DNA of 64,000 bases from contig NC_058368.1 in NCBI RefSeq assembly GCF_018350175.1, forward strand, positions 125,862,001-125,926,000, given 5' to 3'. Position numbers and translations under genes: made by a program. Below, in pieces: positions 12,501 through 25,399 of this stretch. Under the pieces are notes generated by a model. It did not search any database. It had not been told where the DNA came from and saw only the letters and a program-made list of their open reading frames with translations. The first letter of the stretch is position 1. Each line of letters opens with the position of its first letter. This stretch comes from Felis catus (taxonomy: Eukaryota).

Positions 12501-13887
12501 TAGCTTTAAATGTTATTAGTGGCAATGATGACTCTTCCCTCTGTTTTTCTCTTCCTACCCCCCTCCTCCTTTCTCCTTATTCTCAAGCCTTGTCATTTGT
12601 AGTCTGTCTCCAAAGAATGCAAAGATTTCATAGAGAGTTGCCTCTTTCCTTGTACTGTGCCAGAACTTTGGCATTTCTGGAAGGCCTCCTAGAGGCCAGG
12701 AACATGATTTCAACCCTGGGCTGCGTATCAACAAATAAGGGTCAGTTCATTGATGATGGTCAAGCCTGTGAGATTGCTTGAAAGCTCAGAGCAAGATTCC
12801 CTTTGGGCCAGGATCCAGCTTGAGTCCTGCATTTGTCACTAGATGGCTGAGCCCTGCCAAGTCCAAGATGAAAATACCCAATAAACAGACACACTACTGC
12901 TGACTCTGCTTACCAGGACAAGGCAACTCTGTTTTTCCCTTTCCACACCCACAGCATAGCACATCCCTGGATAATGACAGGTTTTACCTTTGTTAAGTAA
13001 ATCACATTAGTGTTACAGCACTTTCATAAACTCCTTGACCTTGCTAAATTTGCAAAAAACAAAGCATTATGAGTATTTCGCCATGAAGTTTAAACCAGTT
13101 GCTTAGGGTGTTTTCTTAAATGACCATATATATATAAATATACCGTAATCTTAACTATTGCATAATAAATAATGTGAATCTTTATCAAAGAGCAGCATTG
13201 ATTTCTTTTTCTTTGAGGTAGACATGTGATAATGCTTTCTTCTTCTTCTTTTTTTTTTTTCTGAGAAGCAAGGCAAATAAAGGAATTATGGAAATCTCAG
13301 GTCCAATCAGTCTTCCTAGATATAAAGCCACATTTTTTATAAAACTTTTGACCTCAGTCACTACCAACCCAATAATGAGTTTCTGAATTTTGGAGTGGCC
13401 TTAATAACAAAATGCATATTGAACTTTTCAGTCATTGTTGTAACAGGTTTTAGCCCAAATAGCATAAATCAAACCATTTTCAGTAAAAAGTAGTCAGTAA
13501 AAATTCTTGTGGGGGTTATGAGGATCATTCCATATTCAGTTGGTTAAGTGAATGAACATGGCTTGAAAGTTTTACTGATTATTCAAAGGGGAAGAGGCAT
13601 ATGAAATGGGAGAAATAGATTCCTTCCCTGGCAATGGAGACAGTCAGGTCTGACAAAAACAGCTTGGACAAAATCATATCCAAATCCGTGTCCAATGGTG
13701 AACTTAAGGGCAGGGTTTTGGTTGCATAATGTTATTGAATGTTCTATGATACTGGAATGATAAGTGCCAAAATGAGTAGTAAGTTTTGATGAGAGTCCCT
13801 AAACAAAAGGTGGGTAGATGGTAAAGAGGATAGATAAGTATCTTATTAGAAAAAAACAAAAAAACAAAAAACAAAAAACAATGCCCA

Positions 13888-14010
13888 GGGGCCTCTGAAT
13901 AGCTCAGTTAGTTAAGCATATGAATGCTGATTTCAGCTCAGGTCACAATCCCAGGGATCATGGGATCAAGCCCCATATTGGGCTCCATGTATAGTAGGAG
14001 CCTGCTTAAG

Positions 14011-14045
<35 letters not shown>

Positions 14046-14133
14046 CTCTCTGTCTCCATCTCCCTCTCCTTCTCCCCCACCCATCTGCTCCTATCCCCTG
14101 TTTACTCTCTCTATATATGAAAATACAAAAATA
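13888..14133 (+). mobile_element. Can-SINE, first unit of tandem pair
   Basis: Diverged head, GCTCAGGTCA, expanded CT block, short A-rich tail. Confidence 0.88.
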
Positions 14134-14370
14134 GGGGTATCTGGGTGGCTTAGTCGGTTAAGCATCTGACTTTGGCTTAGGTCATCATCTCGTGGTTCAT
14201 GAGTTCGAGCCCTGCATTGGGCTCTGTGGAGCGTAGAAACTGCTTGGGATCCTCTGTCTCCCTCTCTCTCAGCCCCTTCCCTGCTCTCTCTCTCTCTCTC
14301 TCTCTCAAATAAACGTTAAACATAAAATAAAATAAAATAAAATAAAATAAAATAAAATAAAAATAAAATA
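14134..14370 (+). mobile_element. Can-SINE, second unit of tandem pair, (TAAAA)n tail
   Basis: GGGGTATCTGGGTGGCTTAG head directly after the first unit's tail. Confidence 0.92.
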
Positions 14371-14979
14371 ACTCCCATTCTTTCTTTATCTCATCAGAAT
14401 GTCTTTGTGACTTCACAATGGAAAGGTATTGTATTTAGGGATAGACAACAGGGCTTCATGCAGAAGTAGAAATCAGAAATTCAATAGAAGATAAAACTAT
14501 TTTCTAAAGAAGACCCTTATAGGCCTTCTTTGATTTTAGTCCTCTTAATGATGCTGGTATCTTCTTTCTTTATTCTGCTTGGTGTCTTAGTATTCTCTCT
14601 CACTTGTAATTATGTACATGTATTTATGCTGATCGTTAGTCCTTTCTCTGACTGTATACTGAGCACTTGAAGAGCACCAAAATTGTCTTGTGTTCCCATT
14701 GTCATTTTTTCTGGCCTAACCCAGTGTTCTGGGTTCTTTGTAAGTTAGTACAAACTGTTGATTCGTAAGGGCATATTGCCATATTCTAAATTAATACTAA
14801 GAGTGTGAATGTGCTCACTAGTCCATGATGACCATTGAGAGAAGATAATTACTTATATCTTTTGTGCCACAATTTGCATATGTAATGGTTGAGCAGGAAA
14901 CAGATCTGCCTTGTCCAGGTTTCATTGGAACTAACTATAGGCAGCCTACATGATGTTGTAGGCCTAGGTATTGTCACCA

Positions 14980-15100
14980 ATCAGAACAGGGATAATAATA
15001 ATATATATCTCATTATATGGTTAAAAGAATTAACTGAAATAATATATGCAAAGCATTTAAAGTGTCTGGATATAGTTGGACTCAGTAAGTGTTAGCTGTG
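14980..15100 (+). mobile_element. MIR 3' fragment
   Basis: GGGATAATAATA, AATATATGCAAAGCATTTA, CTCAGTAAGTGTTAGCT. Confidence 0.65.
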
Positions 15101-15280
15101 TTCATTATCATCATTATCATCATCATTGTACTGTGCTTATCCTTTTTATGTGCTCCAGTCTTTGAAACTTACAACACCTAGTGATGTTGACCCATTTAAA
15201 AAAAAAAACAAAAAATAACAACAACTTCTGCTAGAATGATCCTGGGTCAAGTAAATGTGTAGTTAAAAGTATCTCTTTAT

Positions 15281-15663
15281 TCTCAACATCAATCATCATC
15301 AGGGAAATACAAATCAAACCACAATGAGATACCACCTTACACCTGTCAGAATGGCTAACATTAACAACTCAGGCAACAACAGATGTTGGTGAGGATGTGG
15401 AAGAGGATCTCTTTTGCACTGGTGGTGGGAATGCAAGCTGGTGCAGTCACTCTGGAAAACAGTATGGAGATTCCTCAAAAAACTAAAAGTAGAACTACCC
15501 TATGACCCAGCAATTGCACTACTGGGCAAGGGATACAGGTGTGCTGTTTCGAAGGGACACAGGCACTCCCATGTTTATAGCAGCATTATAAAAAATAGCC
15601 GAAGTATGGAAAGAGCCCAAATGTCCCTCAAAGGATGAATGGATAAAGAAGAAGTGGTATGTA

Positions 15664-15747
<84 letters not shown>

Positions 15748-16112
15748 GGAGTATTACTCAGGAATCAAAAAGAATGAAATCTTACCATTTGCAACTATGT
15801 GGATGGAACTGGAGGGTGTTATGCTAAGTGAAATTAGTCAGTCAGAGAAAGACAAAAATCATATGACTTCACTCATATGAGGACTTTAAGAGACAAAACA
15901 CATGAACATAAGGGAAGGGAAACAAAAATAATATAAAAACAGGGAGGGGGATAAAACAGAAGAGGCTCATAAATATGGAGAACAAACTGAGGGTTACTGG
16001 AGAGGTTGTGGGAGGGGGGATGGGCTAAATGGGTAAGGGGCATTAAGGAATCTACTCCTGAAATCATTGTTTCACTATGCTAATTTGGATGTAAATTTTA
16101 AAAGATAAAATA
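15281..16112 (+). mobile_element. L1 3' fragment (ORF2 C-terminus + 3'UTR)
   Basis: [33 protein letters not shown] and MEYYS..MLSEISQ peptides, 3'UTR and A-tail. TSD AAAAGTATCT(C/A)TTT at 15265 and 16113, at a TT/AAAA target. Confidence 0.92.
15674..15745. repeat. (TA)n(CA)n compound microsatellite inside L1
   Basis: Read directly from the sequence. Confidence 0.99.
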
Positions 16113-17214
16113 AAAAGTATCTATTTTGAAAACTTCTGTCATTTTATACTCATTGCTATGAAGGCTTTTATGAAACTTAAAATCATATAATTTAACATAT
16201 CACCATTTTAAGACACCAACTTTTACAAATTCCAATTTATAAATAACTGTTTTAGTCTCTCCATTGCACTTTGTCACAGTACCTGCTTAGAATTTTATCT
16301 TACTGGGTGACATTTCTATGGCCCATTGTCCTTTTTAGGATCGTTATTAACCATGCATGCCTAAGCCTCAGGGCCATTTGGTGGTGACATGTTATAAATA
16401 ACATTATTACCATAATTAAAAGGTTGGATCAGAGTGGCTTGGGAGGGAAATGTCCTCACCTTTGGCTTGCAATCAAGTGTGGGTCACCGGGGTCATTAAC
16501 ACTATTTACTGTAAGCGATCAAATGCTCTTCTTTGGATAAGGTGATAATTTTCACAATAGACATGCCTGATACTTGACTGTTGTATTTTGATCTTATTCC
16601 AGGTAAATTGTAAAATCAAAAATATTCACTGACAGCTTACTGTGCCTTTTTATTTTGCTTTTATGCATATTCTTCAAACTTTATAAGAATCTATCAAAAC
16701 TATATAGATCTCAAAATCTAACCTTGTCAATATATAAAATAAAATGTTTATGTGTTAGAGAAACAACAAAATCTGATCGTAATGAAATATATTGTTTAAT
16801 TGCTTTGCAGCACATTATCTTGTACATTAAGTGAGTAATATGGTGACCATTAATCTGAATTTGTTTCCAGCATCTCTGTCTCCTGCCTCAGTAGCAGCTA
16901 AGTTGCCACTGTGAAGGATAGAATAATCAGGGCCAGAATATTCTGGGGTTTGGGTATGTATACTGATCTCTGTAATTTTACAAAATCCTCCAGGGAAATC
17001 TGCTACTCTACTATTTCCTTCCTTGCTACCTTTGGCAACTACAGAGGAGCTCTGTCGCTCTGTCTTTCTCCTATTTACTCTCCTTCTTTGTTAGTCGTGT
17101 GTCATTTCCATAGTATTAGAAGTCATTACATGGAAAAAAATAGGAAGATTAAAATACAAAGTGCTCTTTTAGTCTTATACAACCCATTTTTTTTTTTTAA
17201 ATTTCATTTGCTTT

Positions 17215-17429
17215 GGGGCACCTGGGTAGCTCAGTCAGTTGAGTGTCTGACTTTGGCTCAGGCCATGATCTCGCGGTTGGTGAGTTGGAGCCCCACATCG
17301 GCTTGCTGCTGTCAGCCTGTCAGTACGGAGCCCACCTTGAATCCTCTGTTGAATGTCCTCTTTCTGCCCCTCCTTGCTTGCACTCTCCCAAAAATAAATA
17401 CTAAAACAAAATAAATAAATATTAAAATA
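17215..17429 (+). mobile_element. Can-SINE, full length
   Basis: Perfect 16-bp TSD AAATTTCATTTGCTTT at 17199-17214 and 17430-17445. Confidence 0.96.
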
Positions 17430-20175
17430 AAATTTCATTTGCTTTACTTTTTCTTTTCTTTTTTTCCCTATTGATTCCAAGTTAAAATGGGTAGAATTCT
17501 ATAATGAGCACTAGCTTACATACGAGAATGAGTAAAGATTGTTTTTGCATTATTCAAGTAAAATATTTAAAATGGCCAAGGTAGAGTAATATTTGCAGAA
17601 TGACCTCACTGGATGGTTTTAGTATCTTTAAATAAGGGTGTTAGAGATTTAATTTGATCATGTGGGGAAATACTCTGAAGATAAATAATATAGCATGTAT
17701 TTGTTCAGTCAATTTTAGGTGAGATAGTTTATCTTTATACTCATAACAATTGTCCTGCACTGACATTTTATGTAATGTAATACTGTACTTGTGGATATTA
17801 TATATAAGATAAAAATTTAACCATTAATAATGAAACATCTATGACACTAATTTATTAAGTTGACTTCTTCACTTAGATCATCAACATTTATTGGAGTGTA
17901 CACAATTGTTATTTAATAAGTTTAATGCAGAAATGTAAGGATTTTAAGTTCATTATTCATAGTTCTTTATGAAAGTAATTGAAATTTTTCACATAATTCT
18001 TCCCTTGTCAAGTCTGGATATGAATAAAAGGAACAAGAAAAGATATGATCCAAGATCTATGAAAATAATTTGGGAAGACTATTAAAGGAATGTGTCATAA
18101 TGTGTCATTGGTAAAAAAAAAATTTAACTTTTATATCAAATTTTAATTTAATTGCTTGACTATTTAGCAACTATATTAGTTAAAATATGCCTTTGCTGTA
18201 AAATCAAATAAGAAAACTATAGTTAAAAATAGGACAAATTATTTTACTATCATATTTAAATTTGGATTTTATTTGCCCTTAAGACAATTTATTTCAAGTC
18301 CAGGAAATACTCTTTTTTTTGGCTCTGTCACTTTAAGATCAACCCCCAAACAGATTTTGTTGGTAAATACCAACTTTTACAATGTGGGATCTAGACTAGC
18401 ATGCAATGAATTTATATAGTGCAAGATGACCCTACAAAAACATATTTCCAACTCACTCTATATTTCAATTTGTGCAGACTATTTGATGACACATTAGCAA
18501 ATTGTAATAAATTTCACTCATGAGAATTTGGCCCAATGTCAACCTAACTTTGAAAAAGAAAATCAAAGCTGCCCAATCAAATGAATTCTGCCTTGATATA
18601 CTTGTCCTTAAAAATTGAAATTTGATATCTTAATGCTTACTGTATTTATTGCTCTTCATTGCATCTTAACGTGAACAGGTTGTATTTTACTGAGGAAAAA
18701 CTCATAGTATCTATACCAGCTGAATCTTTAACAACGTGAAAAGATTTGTTACTTCTGCGTGGTCCCACAGTACATTGTTGTTTTTGTGTCTCATACATTC
18801 TTTTGGTCGGGCAAAGAACAGGGCCGTGAAAGAAGGAGCAGGGAAGGCATTCTGGTATGTCTTTTGCTGACTCCTCAATAGTTGGGGTTTGTAAAAGATC
18901 ACAGATCAGAAAGAATTTTAAACTCTAGTGCATTTGAGCCTACAACTTCTGCTTGAGCAACGTGACAAGAGTTTGAGATGCCCTTCCAAATGTGCCCAGC
19001 TTAAGTTACAAAAAAAAAAACTGTTAATAGCCTTGACCTCTTAAACTATTACATGAAGAAAAGGCTCTACTTACTTAAGGGCTGCCCTATTGTAATCTCT
19101 ATCTTTGAAGTGAGTCACGTATTTATTTCCTCTCAGGAAAGTTTAAACCAAAATATGTTTAGTCAGTAGGATTACTTTTTACTTGAAGAACCCCAGACAT
19201 CTGAGATTTGGGGAGTATGATTGAAAGATACCAAATTAATGCATTAATTTGAAAAATGTGTGCAAAGTGATGATCTAGATTACTACCAACCCACAGAGTC
19301 TTCATGTACTCTCCTGTGTTTATGCAAATAGGCATTCTGTTTGTAAACTGAAAGGAAGTGAATAAAAATAAAAAGTGAATAAAAATAATATGGTTTATGG
19401 CATAACCACATGAGACAATGACCGGCACAGTCATAAAAACAAGAGATCTGTACTGGTGGTTTAAACTGGCCAATGGACATCTATGATACTATTTAACTGA
19501 TGAAAATTTTATTTATTATGCTTACATTGAGATTTAAGAATATTTGAAATATATTAAGATTCAGCAGTAATTGAAATGAGGACTTGCCAGGATCATTCAC
19601 TGTGATACCAGGGATGTGTAATATTTTAGAAGGTCCTAGAATTTGAACTATTCTTTAGTAAAAAGAACTTAGTCTTAAATCATGCCTCTGATCACCTTGT
19701 GGGCCCTTTTCATTAAATTATAATAACAATGATCATGAAACACTTATTAATTTTTACCCCATTAAGGAGTTTTGATGAGCCTATAAGATTTAGCCATGGC
19801 TGTTATTACTTAGGGGAAAGTTAAACACTGACAGAATCATCTCTAAGGCTGTTCCCCAGCATAGGTATTCCTCTAGATCCATAACAATGCATATTGGATG
19901 GTTGACAGATTAGAAATCAGAGACAAATGGGAATGTATACTTGTCCTTCCTTCTTCTGCTGTATTTTATTGGTGTCCATTTTTAAATCTGTAAAATCAGA
20001 ATGTGCCTTGTGTGGTCTTCCACAGTTTCATTGCAGTGCTTTTGTCTTTGTTGATACATATTTCAACTAATGGAATGATAGGTATGATGAAATATGGAGG
20101 CTCCTGTTTTCTGATTTTATTTATCAAACCCATAGGATGTACAAAAGACTAAAGATTTAATATTTCATTATTCTT

Positions 20176-23100
20176 TTTTTTTTTATAGTTTCCAAGATTT
20201 ACCCATATGGTTTATTTATTTTTATTTTTATTTTTTTATATGAAATTTATTGACAAATTAGTTTCCATACAACACCCAGTGCTCATACCAAAAGGTGCCC
20301 TCCTCATTACCCATCACCCACCCTCTCCTCCCTCCCACCCCCCATCAACCCTCAGTTTGTTCTCAGTTTTTAAGCGTCTCTTATGCTTTGGCTCTCTCCC
20401 ACTCTAACCTGTTTTTTTTTTTTTTTCCTTCCCCTCCCCCATGGGTTCCTGTTAATTTCTCAGGGTCCACATAAGAGTGAAACCATATGGTATCTGTCTT
20501 TCTCTGTATGGCTTATTTCACTTAGCATCACACTCTCCAGTTCCATCCACGTTGCTACAAAAGGCCATATTTCATTTTTTCTCATTGCCACGTAATATTC
20601 CATTGTGTATATAAACCACAATTTCTTTATCCATTCATCAACTGATGGACATTTAGGCTCTTTCCATAATTTGGCTATTGTTGAGAGTGCTGCTATGAAC
20701 ATTGGGGTACAAGTGGCCCTATGCATCAGTACTCCTGTATCCCTTGGATAAATTCCTAGCAGTGCTATTGCTGGGTCATAGGGTAGGTCTATTTTTAATT
20801 TTCTGAGGAACCTCCACACTGCTTTCCAGAGTGGCTGCACCAATTTGCATTCCCACCAACAGTGCAAGAAGGTTCCCATTTCTCCACATCCTCTCCAGCA
20901 TCTAGAGTCTCCTGATTTGTTCATTTTGGCCACTCTGACTGGCGTGAGGTGATACCTGAGTGTGGTTTTGATTTGTATTTCTCTGATAAGGAGCGACGCT
21001 GAACATCTTTTCATGTGCCTGTTGGCCATCCGGATGTCTTCTTTAGAGAAGTGTCTATTCATGTTTTCTGCCCATTTCTTCACTGGGTTATTTGTTTTTC
21101 GGGTGTGAAGTTTGGTGAGCTCTTTATAGATTTTGGATACTAGCCCTTTGTCCGATATGTCATTTGCGAATATCTTTTCCCATTCCGTTGGTTGCCTTTT
21201 AGTTTTGTTGGTTGTTTCCTTTGCTGTGCAGAAGCTTTTTATCTTCATAAGGTCCCAGTAATTCACTTTTGCTTTTAATTCCCTTGCCTTTGGGGATGTG
21301 TCAAGTAAGAGATTGCTACGGCTGAGGTCAGAGAGGTCTTTTCCTGCTTTCTCCTCTAAGGTTTTGATGGTTTCCTGTCTCACATTTAGGTCCTTTATCC
21401 ATTTGGAGTTTATTTTTGTGAATGGTGTGAGAAAGTGGTCTAGTTTCAACCTTCTGCATGTTGCTGTCCAGTTCTCCCAGCACCATTTGTTAAAGAGGCT
21501 GTCTTTTTTCCATTGGATGTTCTTTCCTGCTTTGTCGAAGATGAGTTGGCCATACGTTTGTGGGTCTAGTTCTGGGGTTTCTATTCTATTCCATTGGTCT
21601 ATGTGTCTGTTTCTGTGCCAATACCATGCTGTCTTGATGATGACAGCTTTGTAGTAGAGGCTAAAGTCTGGGATTGTGATGCCTCCTGCTTTGGTCTTCT
21701 TCTTCAAAATTCCTTTGGCTATTCGGGGCCTTTTGTGGTTCCATATGAATTTTAGGATTGCTTGTTCTAGTTTCGAGAAGAATGCTGGTGCAATTTTGAT
21801 TGGGATTGCATTGAATGTGTAGATAGCTTTGGGTAGTATTGACATTTTGACAATATTTATTTTTCCAATCCATGAGCAGGGAATGTCTTTCCATTTCTTT
21901 AAATCTTCTTCAATTTCCTTCATCAGCTTTCTATAGTTTTCAGCATACAGATCCTTTACATCTTTGGTTAGATTTATTCCTAGGTATTTTATGCTTCTTG
22001 GTGCAATTGTGAATGGGATCAGTTTCTTTATTTGTCTTTCTGTTGCTTCATTGTTAGTGTATAAGAATGCAACTGATTTCTGTACATTGATTTTGTATCC
22101 TGCAACTTTGCTGAATTCATGTATCAGTTCTAGTAGACTTTTGGTGGAGTCTATCGGATTTTCCATGTATAATATCATGTCATCTGCAAAAAGCGAAAGC
22201 TTGACTTCGTCTTTGCCAATTTTGATGCCTTTGATTTCCTTTTGTTGTCTGATTGCTGATGCTAGAACTTCCAGCACTATGTTAAACAGCAGCGGTGAGA
22301 GTGGGCATCCTTGTCGTGTTCCTGATCTCAGGGAAAAAGCTCTCAGTTTTTCCCCGTTGAGGATGATGTTAGCTGTGGGCTTTTCATAAATGGCTTTTAT
22401 GATCTTTAAGTATGTTCCTTCTATCCCGACTTTCTCAAGGGTTTTTATTAAGAAAGGGTGCTGGATTTTGTCAAAGGCCTTTTCTGCATCGATTGACAGG
22501 ATCATATGGTTCTTCTCTTTTTTTTTGTTGATGTGATGTATCACATTGATTGATTTGCGGATGTTGAACCAGCCCTGCATCCCAGGAATGAATCCCACTT
22601 GATCATGGTGAATAATTCTTTTTATATGCCGTTGAATTCGATTTGCTAGTATCTTATTGAGAATTTTTGCATCCGTATTCATCAGGGATATTGGCCTGTA
22701 GTTCTCTTTTTTGACTGGGTCTCTGTCTGGTTTAGGAATCAAAGTAATACTGGCTTCATAGAATGAGTCTGGAAGTTTTCCTTCCCTTTCTATTTCTTGG
22801 AATAGCTTGAGAAGGATAGGTATTATCTCTGCTTTAAACGTCTGGTAGAACTCCCCTGGGAAGCCATCTGGTCCTGGACTCTTATTTGTTGGGAGATTTT
22901 TGATAACCGATTCAATTTCTTCGCTGGTTATGGGTCTGTTCAAGCTTTCTATTTCCTCCTGATTGAGTTTTGGAAGAGTGTGGGTGTTCAGGAATTTGTC
23001 CATTTCTTCCAGGTTGTCCAATTTGTTGGCATATAATTTTTCATAGTATTCCCTGATAATTGTTTGTATCTCTGAGGGATTGGTTGTAATAATTCCATTT

Positions 23101-25168
23101 TCATTCATGATTTTATCTATTTGGGTCATTTCCCTTTTCTTTTTGAGAAGCCTGGCTAGAGGTTTGTCAATTTTGTTTATTTTTTCAAAAAACCAACTCT
23201 TGGTTTCGTTGATCTGCTCTACAGTTTTTTTAGATTCTATATTGTTTATTTCTGCTCTGATCTTTATTATTTCTCTTCTTCTGCTGGGTTTAGGCTGCCT
23301 TTGCTGTTCTGCTTCTATTTTGTTAGGTGTGCTGTTAGATTTTGTATTTGGGATTTTTCTTGTTTCTTGAGATAGGCCTGGATTGCAATGTATTTTCCTC
23401 TCAGGACTGCCTTCGCTGCGTCCCAAAGCGTTTGGATTGTTGTATTTTCATTTTCATTTGTTTCCATATATTTTTTAATTTCTTCTCTAATTGCCTGGTT
23501 GACCCACTCATTCGTTAGTAGGGTGTTCTTTAACCTCCATGCCTTTGGAGGTTTTCCAGACTTTTTCCTGTGGTTGATTTCAAGCTTCATAGCATTGTGG
23601 TCTGAAAGTATGCATGGTATAATTTCAATTCTTGTAAACTTATGAAGGGCTGTTTTGTGACCCAGTATATGATCTATCTTGGAGAATGTTCCATGTGCAC
23701 TCGAGAAGAAAGTATATTCTGTTGCTTTGGGATGCAGCGTTCTAAATATATCTGTCAAGTCCATCTGATCCAATGTCTCATTCAGGGCCCTTGTTTCTTT
23801 ATTGACCGTGTGTCTAGATGATCTGTCCATTTCTGTGAGTGGGGTGTTAAAGTCCCCTGCAATTACCACATTCTTATCAATAAGGTTGCTTATGTTTATG
23901 AGTAATTGTTTTATATATTTGGGGGCTCCGGTATTCGGCGCATAGACATTTATAATTGTTAGCTCTTCCTGATGGATAGACCCTGTAACTATTATATAAT
24001 GTCCTTCTTCATCTCTTGTTACGGCCTTTAATTTAAAGTCTAGTTTGTCTGATATAAGTATGGCTACTCCAGCTTTCTTTTGGCTTCCAGTCGCATGATA
24101 AATAGTTCTCCATCCCCTCACTCTCAATCTAAAGGTGTCCTCAGGTCTAAAATGAGTCTCTTGTAGACAGCAAATAGATGGGTCTTGTTTTTTTATCCAT
24201 TCTGATACCCTATGTCTTTTGGTTGGTGCATTTAATCCATTTACATTCAGTGTTATTATAGAAAGATATGGGTTTAGAGTCATTGTGATGTCTGTATGTT
24301 TTATGCTTGTAGTGATGTCTCTGGGACTTTGTCTCACAGGGTCCCCCTTAGGATCTCTTGTAGGGCTGGTTTAGTGGTGACAAATTCCTTCAGTTTTTGT
24401 TTGTTTGGGAAAACCTTTATCTCTCCTTCTATTCTAAATGACAGACTTGCTGGGTAAAGGATTCTCGGCTGCATATTTTTTCTGTCTAGCACCCTGAAAA
24501 TCTCCTGCCAATTCTTTCTGGCCTGCCAAGTTTCAAAAGAGAGATCAGTCACGAGTCTTATAGGTCTCCCTTTATATGTGAGGGCACGTTTACCCCTTGC
24601 TGCTTTCAGAATTTTCTCTTTATCCTTGTATTTTGTCAGTTTCACTATGATATGTCGTGCAGAAGATCGATTCAAGTTACGTCTGAAGGGAGTTCTCTGT
24701 GCCTCTTGGATTTCAATGCCTTTTTCCTTCCCCAGTTCAGGGAAGTTCTCAGCTATTATTTCTTCAAGTACCCCTTCAGCACCTTTCCCTCTCTCTTCCT
24801 CCTCTGGGATACCAATTATGCGTATATTATTTCTTTTTAGTGTATCACTTAGTTCTCTAATTTTCCCCTCATACTCCTGGATTTTTTTATCTCTCTTTTT
24901 CTCAGCTTCCTCTTTTTCCATAACTTTATCCTCTAGTTCACCTATTCTCTCCTCTGCCTCTTCAAGCCGAGCTGTGGTGGTTTCCATTTTGTTATGCATT
25001 TCGTTTAAAGCGTTTTTCAGCTCCTCGTGACTGTTCCTTAGTCCCTTGATCTCTGTAGCAAGAGATTCTCTGCTGTCCTGTATACTGTTTTCAAGCCCAG
25101 CGATTAATTTTATGACTATTATTCTAAATTCACTTTCTGTGATATTATTTAAATCCTTTTTGATCAGC
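20176..25168 (-). mobile_element. Young 5'-truncated LINE-1 (felid L1), about 5 kb, with 3' transduction
   Basis: ORF1, a 50-bp spacer, ORF2, a G-rich 3'UTR, AATAAA (20246-20251 on minus) and A-tails. Perfect 16-bp TSD ATATTTCATTATTCTT at 20160-20175 and 25169-25184. The 5'UTR promoter is absent. Confidence 0.97.
20460..24283 (-). pseudogene. L1 ORF2p (APE endonuclease + reverse transcriptase + Cys-rich domain) with one frameshift near 23318-23324
   Basis: Starts MTLNPYLSIITLNVNGLN (ATG at 24283). EN motifs LQETH, GDFN and SDH are in the 340-aa ORF. RT motifs QGCPLSP and FADDMILY and the motif CWRGC..HCWWEC are in the 988-aa ORF. The two ORFs join across a net 1-nt frameshift. Confidence 0.95.
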
Positions 25169-25170
25169 AT
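24334..25170 (-). CDS. L1 ORF1p (RNA-binding chaperone), N-terminally truncated but open for 278 aa
   Basis: Coiled-coil-like region followed by the L1 ORF1 motifs NIRIIGIPE, EAQRTP, RHIIVK, YKGRPIRL and PRILYPA. The ATG is formed across the TSD/L1 junction. Confidence 0.85.
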   Translation of the reverse strand: MLIKKDLNNITESEFRIIVIKLIAGLENSIQDSRESLATEIKGLRNSHEELKNALNEMHNKMETTTARLEEAEERIGELEDKVMEKEEAEKKRDKKIQEYEGKIRELSDTLKRNNIRIIGIPEEEERGKGAEGVLEEIIAENFPELGKEKGIEIQEAQRTPFRRNLNRSSARHIIVKLTKYKDKEKILKAARGKRALTYKGRPIRLVTDLSFETWQARKNWQEIFRVLDRKNMQPRILYPASLSFRIEGEIKVFPNKQKLKEFVTTKPALQEILRGTL

Positions 25171-25399
25171 ATTTCATTATTCTTATATCAGTGAGGATCT
25201 TTGACTTCCTATCAGCCTCTGAGTGTAGCTAAGTTATCCTTATAAACTTCTCCATTTTCAGGTTCTGGGCTGGCAACATTTGGGTGTGACTGTGTGTGTT
25301 AGAGTCAACCATCCAACCAAACAATTAACCTGTGGATGAGTGTGCTTGTAGTTTACTTACTTTCACTACTGTATTCTCTGGTATAAATGTACCATACTT

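Noticed and set aside
16911..17414. 167-aa ORF
   Set aside because: It runs into a Can-SINE (WGTWVAQSVE..) and shows no recognisable domain.
23325..23426. N-terminal part and start of the 988-aa ORF as an independent RT gene
   Set aside because: The first ~35 aa are an out-of-frame reading of L1 ORF2 upstream of the frameshift. The real ORF2 start is at 24283.
21298..25030. Plus-strand ORFs of 85-150 aa within the L1
   Set aside because: These are antisense shadows of L1 ORF1/ORF2 with no independent support.
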